Assembly (NCBI GenBank): GCA_035559535.1
Contig: DATMBG010000007.1
Location: 1 to 64,000, forward strand
DNA: 64,000 nucleotides
Origin: Candidatus Limnocylindrales bacterium
GTDB lineage: Bacteria > Moduliflexota > Moduliflexia > Moduliflexales > JAUQPW01
Reading direction: 5' to 3'
Shown one piece after another: positions 59,392 through 64,000 of this stretch (position 1 is the first letter of the stretch; the number at the start of each line of letters is the position of its first letter). The notes under the pieces are model-generated. The model did not search any database and was not told where the DNA came from. It saw only the letters and a list, made by a program, of their open reading frames with translations. A program made the position numbers and the translations under genes.

Positions 59392-60036
59392 CTAATCCGG
59401 GCAGGCGGCACCCTGGTTTATCCACTCGGTTATTTTATCTATAAACTCCTGAAGGGTTCGGGGTGCAGGTGTACGCTTGCCACCTGGATTCCAGGACCAT
59501 TGAATCCGAGGGTCTTCTTTAACATGTCGAATAAGGTCTTCCAGCGTTTTATTTCCATTCTGAGCCGGATCCTTAATCTGATTACAGATCTCCTTAGGGG
59601 TTTTATTTGCGAAGATCATGGGAGTCTCCGGGGGTGGCATCCGCCAATCGGGAGAGCCCGGTGCAGCCTTTTCCCCAACTCCATTGGTGAGCTGATGGCA
59701 GTTATTGCACCTGGCACCCCCTGCACCTCGACCCGTTGCACCACGAACAACCTTCATATCGTGGGGACGTCCCTCATCGCCTTGAGTGGGTCCTTCTCCT
59801 GCAGCATGACAGTTTTTACAGCGTGGATGGGCGAAGACATCGACAACGGCATTGAAGGCTGCAATAGCCCTGGCATCCTCTGCAACAGCAATAACCTGCA
59901 GGTTAAGGAAAACTTTCTCTCCTTTACTGGGAGTATGCCTCAGAGAGGAAAAGGCAGGATTTATGACCTGCAAGATTCCTATAACCCATACCATTCTTAC
60001 CAGGTACTTTTTCCAATTATGGGTCCGTAACGTCAT
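59392..60036 (-). CDS. Exported di-haem c-type cytochrome-like protein
   Basis: HPRCKNCH and CNNCH, P.QGD, APG.P.W, C.QIKDP..NG, W.W.PG..R, as in the family annotated beside isoquinoline oxidoreductases. Confidence 0.7.
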   Translation of the reverse strand: MTLRTHNWKKYLVRMVWVIGILQVINPAFSSLRHTPSKGEKVFLNLQVIAVAEDARAIAAFNAVVDVFAHPRCKNCHAAGEGPTQGDEGRPHDMKVVRGATGRGAGGARCNNCHQLTNGVGEKAAPGSPDWRMPPPETPMIFANKTPKEICNQIKDPAQNGNKTLEDLIRHVKEDPRIQWSWNPGGKRTPAPRTLQEFIDKITEWINQGAACPD

Positions 60037-60133
60037 ATCCGTATTCTCCTTTAACTTAAAAAATTGAAGGCTGAAAGGGGAAGATAGCCAAAAAATTTCG
60101 ATCTTGAGATAAATCCCAAATCATCTTAGCCTT

Positions 60134-61168
60134 TTATCGGGCCAATTTAGCCAAACTTTCTTCATACGGCGGCCAGGCGATCCCTTTTTCAGTAATGATG
60201 GCGGTAATATACTCGTGGGGAGTTACATCGAAGGCCGGATTGGCTACCTGGATAGCTTCTGGCGCGATCTGTTTACCGGCAATCTGGGTCACTTCTTGGG
60301 GATTCCTCTCTTCAATGGGGATTTGATCTCCGGAGCCAATGGATAAGTCTAGGGTAGAAATCGGAGCTGCCACATAGAATGGAATCCCATGTTCTTTGGC
60401 CAGGACTGCCAGACTGTAGGTACCAATTTTATTGGCAACATCTCCATTTGCAGCAATCCGGTCGGCCCCCACGATAATGAGATTAATTTTTCCTTTCCGC
60501 ATGAAATAGCCGGCCATGTTATCCGTGATAAGGGTAAGCGGAATATTCTCCTTGGCAAGCTCCCAGGCGGTTAATCGAGATCCCTGGAGAAAAGGTCTGG
60601 TCTCATCTACGAAAACATGAATCTGTTTTCCCTCTTCATGGGCTGACCGAATGACCCCCAGGGCTGTTCCGTATCCTGCCGTTGCTAGGGCTCCGGCATT
60701 ACAATGGGTCAAGATGGTATCCCCGGATTTAATCAATTGCGCGCCATACTTACCCAGGATTTTGTTGATCTGGATATCCTCATCCCGTATCTGAAGGGCT
60801 CTATTTTTTAATACTTCTTTGAGTTGTGGAACAGGTAAATGCCGGTGAGCTTCTGCACATCGACGCATTTCTTCAATGGCCCAGAATAAATTCACAGCCG
60901 TGGGACGTGTTTTGGCCATTTCCTCCAGGATTTCTTTCATTTTAATTGAAAATTCTTCGTAAGAATCTGCCGAAATACTCTGGGCCCCCAGGGCAATACC
61001 CATAGCAGCGGCTACTCCAATGGCAGGGGCACCGCGAATGACCATATTTTTAATGGCCTGAGCCACATCTTTATAATTATCGTACTCTCGATAAACTTCC
61101 TCCATGGGAAGTCGTGTCTGATCAATCATGACCACTTTGTTGTTAATCCATTCAATGGTTTGAATCAT
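60134..61168 (-). CDS. mtnA: S-methyl-5-thioribose-1-phosphate isomerase
   Basis: [69 protein letters not shown]. Confidence 0.97.
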   Translation of the reverse strand: MIQTIEWINNKVVMIDQTRLPMEEVYREYDNYKDVAQAIKNMVIRGAPAIGVAAAMGIALGAQSISADSYEEFSIKMKEILEEMAKTRPTAVNLFWAIEEMRRCAEAHRHLPVPQLKEVLKNRALQIRDEDIQINKILGKYGAQLIKSGDTILTHCNAGALATAGYGTALGVIRSAHEEGKQIHVFVDETRPFLQGSRLTAWELAKENIPLTLITDNMAGYFMRKGKINLIIVGADRIAANGDVANKIGTYSLAVLAKEHGIPFYVAAPISTLDLSIGSGDQIPIEERNPQEVTQIAGKQIAPEAIQVANPAFDVTPHEYITAIITEKGIAWPPYEESLAKLAR

Positions 61169-61374
61169 GGGAAACTCCTTTGTGTTAAGTTATCAAGCCT
61201 CTTTGAGATGGTTAATAGAATATCCCATTAAGAGAAAATCTGTCAACTTTTTAATGATTTCGTGGATCTTTTAGCCCCGGCGAGGTGGCCTCTTTAGAGA
61301 GGGGCGAATTCCCTGAACAGGTTGCTCTTATGGAACTTTTCTCCTCTGGAACCTTCAAAGTCAATTAAGTAACT

Positions 61375-61522
61375 GTAACCATTTAGTAGGTGTCACTTTT
61401 TCTATCTGAACACCTCCCTGGCCCCCCCTCCAGGGGGGACTTCAGCGGCAGCAACCTCACGTCAGTCCCCCCTGGAGGGGGGGCCAGGGAGGTGTTTCTT
61501 TTTCCACCTACTAAATGGATAC
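61375..61522. mobile_element. MITE-like nested inverted-repeat element
   Basis: Outer IR gtaaccatttagtaggtg / cacctactaaatggatac, inner perfect 33-bp IR (61409-61441 / 61464-61496). Partial copy at 20188-20256. Confidence 0.75.
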
Positions 61523-61545
61523 GGATATGTCAATTAAAATCCTCC

Positions 61546-61574
61546 TTGACAGGGAAAGAAAAAAACAGTATCAT
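61546..61574 (+). promoter_or_regulatory. tRNA promoter
   Basis: TTGACA-N17-TATCAT just upstream of the tRNA. Confidence 0.65.
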
Positions 61575-61587
61575 ACCATGGTGATGT

Positions 61588-61659
61588 GGGCTCATAGCTC
61601 AGTGGGAGAGCACTGCGTTCGCAACGCAGGGGTCGGGGGTTCAAATCCCCCTGGGTCCA
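61588..61659 (+). tRNA. tRNA-Ala (anticodon CGC), CCA not encoded
   Basis: GGGCTCA/TGGGTCC acceptor stem with G3:U70, D arm AGCTCAGTGGGAGAGC, anticodon arm CTGCG-TTCGCAA-CGCAG, T arm GGGGGTTCAAATCCCC. Confidence 0.95.
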
Positions 61660-61673
61660 TTTTGTCCTCTAAT

Positions 61674-61706
61674 ACTCAGTCCCTCTCAAAACAGAGGGGT
61701 CTGAGT
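61674..61706 (+). terminator. Hairpin downstream of the tRNA
   Basis: actcagtccctctc-aaaa-cagaggggtctgagt. Confidence 0.45.
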
Positions 61707-61774
61707 CCATCTGGAGAACCTCCCAGTTCCCCATTGACAAACCCACTGCTGTTAAATAACTTAACAGAAAATCC

Positions 61775-64000
61775 ATGAATTTTACAGCACTTTTAGATAG
61801 CATAAAAACCGGAGCACACCAGGTTTCTTTATCGGGATTATGGGGGTCTTCTAAGGCCCTTATACCAGCTCTTGTTTACAAAGAAACGAAGCGGCCTGGT
61901 CTGATAATTACTCCAACCTGGCAGACGGCCATGGACTTCCAGGATGACTTGGCTTTCTTTTTAAGGCAACTGGGAAGTGAACCCGATAAGATCCATCTTT
62001 TTCCACAGTGGGAACTTTCTCCCTATGAATTTTTATCACCTCATCGAGAAACCGTCGCCGAGAGGCTTACAATTCTGGATAAACTCCTGAATCATGAAAA
62101 GATCCTGGTGGTAACCCCGGTGGAAGCTTTAATGCAGAAACTTCTACCCCGGCAGGTACTTTATCAATTTACTCAGTACGTGGAAGTGGGAGCTGAGATC
62201 AACCGGGATGAGTTGGTTGAGCAGCTTATTTATACCGGTTATCATCCTGTGGAAATTGTAGAAGCCCGGGGAGAATTCAGTGTACGGGGTGGAATTCTGG
62301 ATGTATTCCCTCCAATAGGAGAAAATCCGCTTCGGATCGAATTTTTCGGAGATACCGTTGAATCTATTCGGGAGTTTGATATCACGACCCAAAGATCCAT
62401 CGCCCAATTGGAAATCGTTACCATCCTTCCCATTCGAGAAGTGGTTCTAAATCAAGAAGCCCTCCAACGAGGCATTGCCAACATAAAAGCCAGAATTGCA
62501 GAAATCGGCGCCTCTTACAACACGTTGAATACGCTGATGAACCAGTTGGAGCAAGCGCCCTTTTTCCCGGGGATGGAACGGTATGCTTCTTATTTTTACC
62601 CAGATCTGGAAACTTTATTCGATTACCTGGATCCGCAAGGTCTTTTATTTGTAGAGGAAGGATTGGACATAGAACAGGTAGCCAGCAAATTTGAAAGAAA
62701 AGTTCAAGAAGGTTATCAGCATGCTCTGGATAAAGGAAGCCCGGTCCCGGATCCTACTTCCCTCTACCTTACGGCCCAACAAGTTAAGGAGCACTTGGAA
62801 AGGTGGCAACGAATTGAATTGAATCTGGTGGATTTCTCAGGGGAACAGGAAAGGATGGGAGGATGGGAGTGTGGAAGTAGGGGGATAGAAGGGGATGGGA
62901 GCGGGAAGGTAACAACGTCCCCACCCCCCCACCTTCATACCTCCCCACGTATCTCTTACGATCTGGATTTTAAACCCTTGGAATGGGGTTACCTCACAAC
63001 CCCCGATACAGATGAAAAAGAGCAACATATTGCTTTTTCATCCAAGCGGTTGGCCGAATGGCTCGAACAGGGAAATCGGGTCCTTATCGTTTCCCATACC
63101 CGTGTCCAGGCAGAAAGACTGGCGGAACTTCTGGCCGATTATCAGTTAACCCCGGGTCGATACGAAGAGCCAATTCTCTCGGAATTTTTGTTCCAATCCA
63201 GGCAAAAACCTGTTTTCGTTCAGCAAACAGATGAGAAAAGGAGTTTCTTAACCCATCTTCTGATCACGACTGGAGATCTCACAGCCGGTTTTTACCTTCC
63301 GGATCAAAAACTTGTCCTGGTCGGTGAAGACGAGCTTTTAGGGCGACGTAAGACCATCAAGTACCGGCATAAAGTTCATCGACCCAGCCGATTACTAACG
63401 ACTCTGGGTGAACTGGAAATCCATGATTTTGTTGTCCATGTGGATCATGGCATTGGGAGATACCTCGGACTGAAAAGGTTGAAAATCCAGGACATGGAAA
63501 TGGAATGTCTTCATCTGGAGTATCGAGATGGAGATAAGCTCTATGTTCCTATCGATCGGTTAGATCTGGTTCAAAAATATAAAGGGTCTGATGATCATCC
63601 CCCTCAGTTGGATAAACTGGGAGGAACCAACTGGGCTCGTGTTAAAGAAAGGGTTAAGGCTTCTATTAAAAAAATGGCCAACGAACTGCTGGAACTCTAT
63701 GCAGTTCGCCAGGCGCTTCCTGGGTTCTCTTTTTCTTCAGATGACCATCTCTATAAGGAATTTGAAGCCGCCTTTGAATATGAAGAAACGCCGGATCAAA
63801 CCCGGGCTATTCAAGATGTCCTTAAGGATATGGCAGCCGCCAAGCCGATGGATCGATTGATCTGTGGGGATGTGGGATACGGTAAAACCGAGGTGGCCAT
63901 GCGGGCGGCTTTCATAAGTATATTGAACGGGAAGCAGGTGGCCGTTCTGGTTCCCACCACAATATTGGCTCAACAGCACCTTCAAACCTTTCAAAGTCGA
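61775..64000 (+). CDS. mfd: Transcription-repair coupling factor (5' part; runs off window)
   Basis: Not in the ORF track. My translation of sampled segments in one frame from ATG 61775 gives SLSGLWGSSKA, GEFSVRGGILDVF, RIEFFGDTVESIR, VVHVDHGIGRY, LYVP, FEYEETPDQ, MDRLICGDVGYGKTEVAMRAAF. Confidence 0.96.
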   Translation, partial: MNFTALLDSIKTGAHQVSLSGLWGSSKALIPALVYKETKRPGLIITPTWQTAMDFQDDLAFFLRQLGSEPDKIHLFPQWELSPYEFLSPHRETVAERLTILDKLLNHEKILVVTPVEALMQKLLPRQVLYQFTQYVEVGAEINRDELVEQLIYTGYHPVEIVEARGEFSVRGGILDVFPPIGENPLRIEFFGDTVESIREFDITTQRSIAQLEIVTILPIREVVLNQEALQRGIANIKARIAEIGASYNTLNTLMNQLEQAPFFPGMERYASYFYPDLETLFDYLDPQGLLFVEEGLDIEQVASKFERKVQEGYQHALDKGSPVPDPTSLYLTAQQVKEHLERWQRIELNLVDFSGEQERMGGWECGSRGIEGDGSGKVTTSPPPHLHTSPRISYDLDFKPLEWGYLTTPDTDEKEQHIAFSSKRLAEWLEQGNRVLIVSHTRVQAERLAELLADYQLTPGRYEEPILSEFLFQSRQKPVFVQQTDEKRSFLTHLLITTGDLTAGFYLPDQKLVLVGEDELLGRRKTIKYRHKVHRPSRLLTTLGELEIHDFVVHVDHGIGRYLGLKRLKIQDMEMECLHLEYRDGDKLYVPIDRLDLVQKYKGSDDHPPQLDKLGGTNWARVKERVKASIKKMANELLELYAVRQALPGFSFSSDDHLYKEFEAAFEYEETPDQTRAIQDVLKDMAAAKPMDRLICGDVGYGKTEVAMRAAFISILNGKQVAVLVPTTILAQQHLQTFQSR
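62853..62950. repeat. GGRGTRTG-family inverted element inside mfd
   Basis: ggatgggaggatgggagtgtggaagtaggggg...ccccaccccccc-accttcatacctccccac. Confidence 0.7.

Noticed and set aside
59374..60030. 218-aa plus-strand ORF
   Set aside because: It is antisense to the cytochrome gene, which has haem motifs, an RBS and a signal peptide.
61588..61780. tRNA as an integration site for an island
   Set aside because: No integrase and no duplicated tRNA 3' end seen. The tRNA is flanked by the housekeeping genes mtnA and mfd.
62918..62932. Frameshift in mfd at the C homopolymer
   Set aside because: Manual translation keeps the frame, and Mfd-like sequence resumes downstream.

Overview
Bacterial chromosomal window. 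I cannot assign the taxon; the 16S fragment at 1-142 should. It starts at the 5' end of an rRNA operon (minus strand, three stacked sigma70-type promoters). It then carries a DUF4159 gene, a ~4,000-aa exported FG-GAP + 25x fibronectin-III protein, hisS and a DciA-like gene. Next is a small accessory island with two decayed integron attC sites around a pyrimidine-dimer glycosylase gene, followed by lgt/htrA and a receptor-less chemosensory cluster. The middle holds several exported redox/hydrolase clusters, a His-rich Ni/Co transporter and a PQQ-dehydrogenase homologue whose canonical catalytic Asp and metal-binding Glu appear substituted. The right part holds a moxR-DUF58-vWA operon resembling mxaRSACKL behind a sigma54-type promoter, then mtnA, tRNA-Ala(CGC) and the 5' part of mfd (missing from the ORF track because it runs off the window). 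Several families of short palindromic or tandem-repeat elements are scattered throughout, and some sit in frame inside proteins, including Mfd and the giant protein. The best candidates for undescribed biology are (i) the atypical quinoprotein with its mxa-like maturation operon, (ii) the protein-coding repeat elements and (iii) the exported lactonase/BNR/Vgb cluster. All family assignments come from motif recognition by eye; no searches were run.
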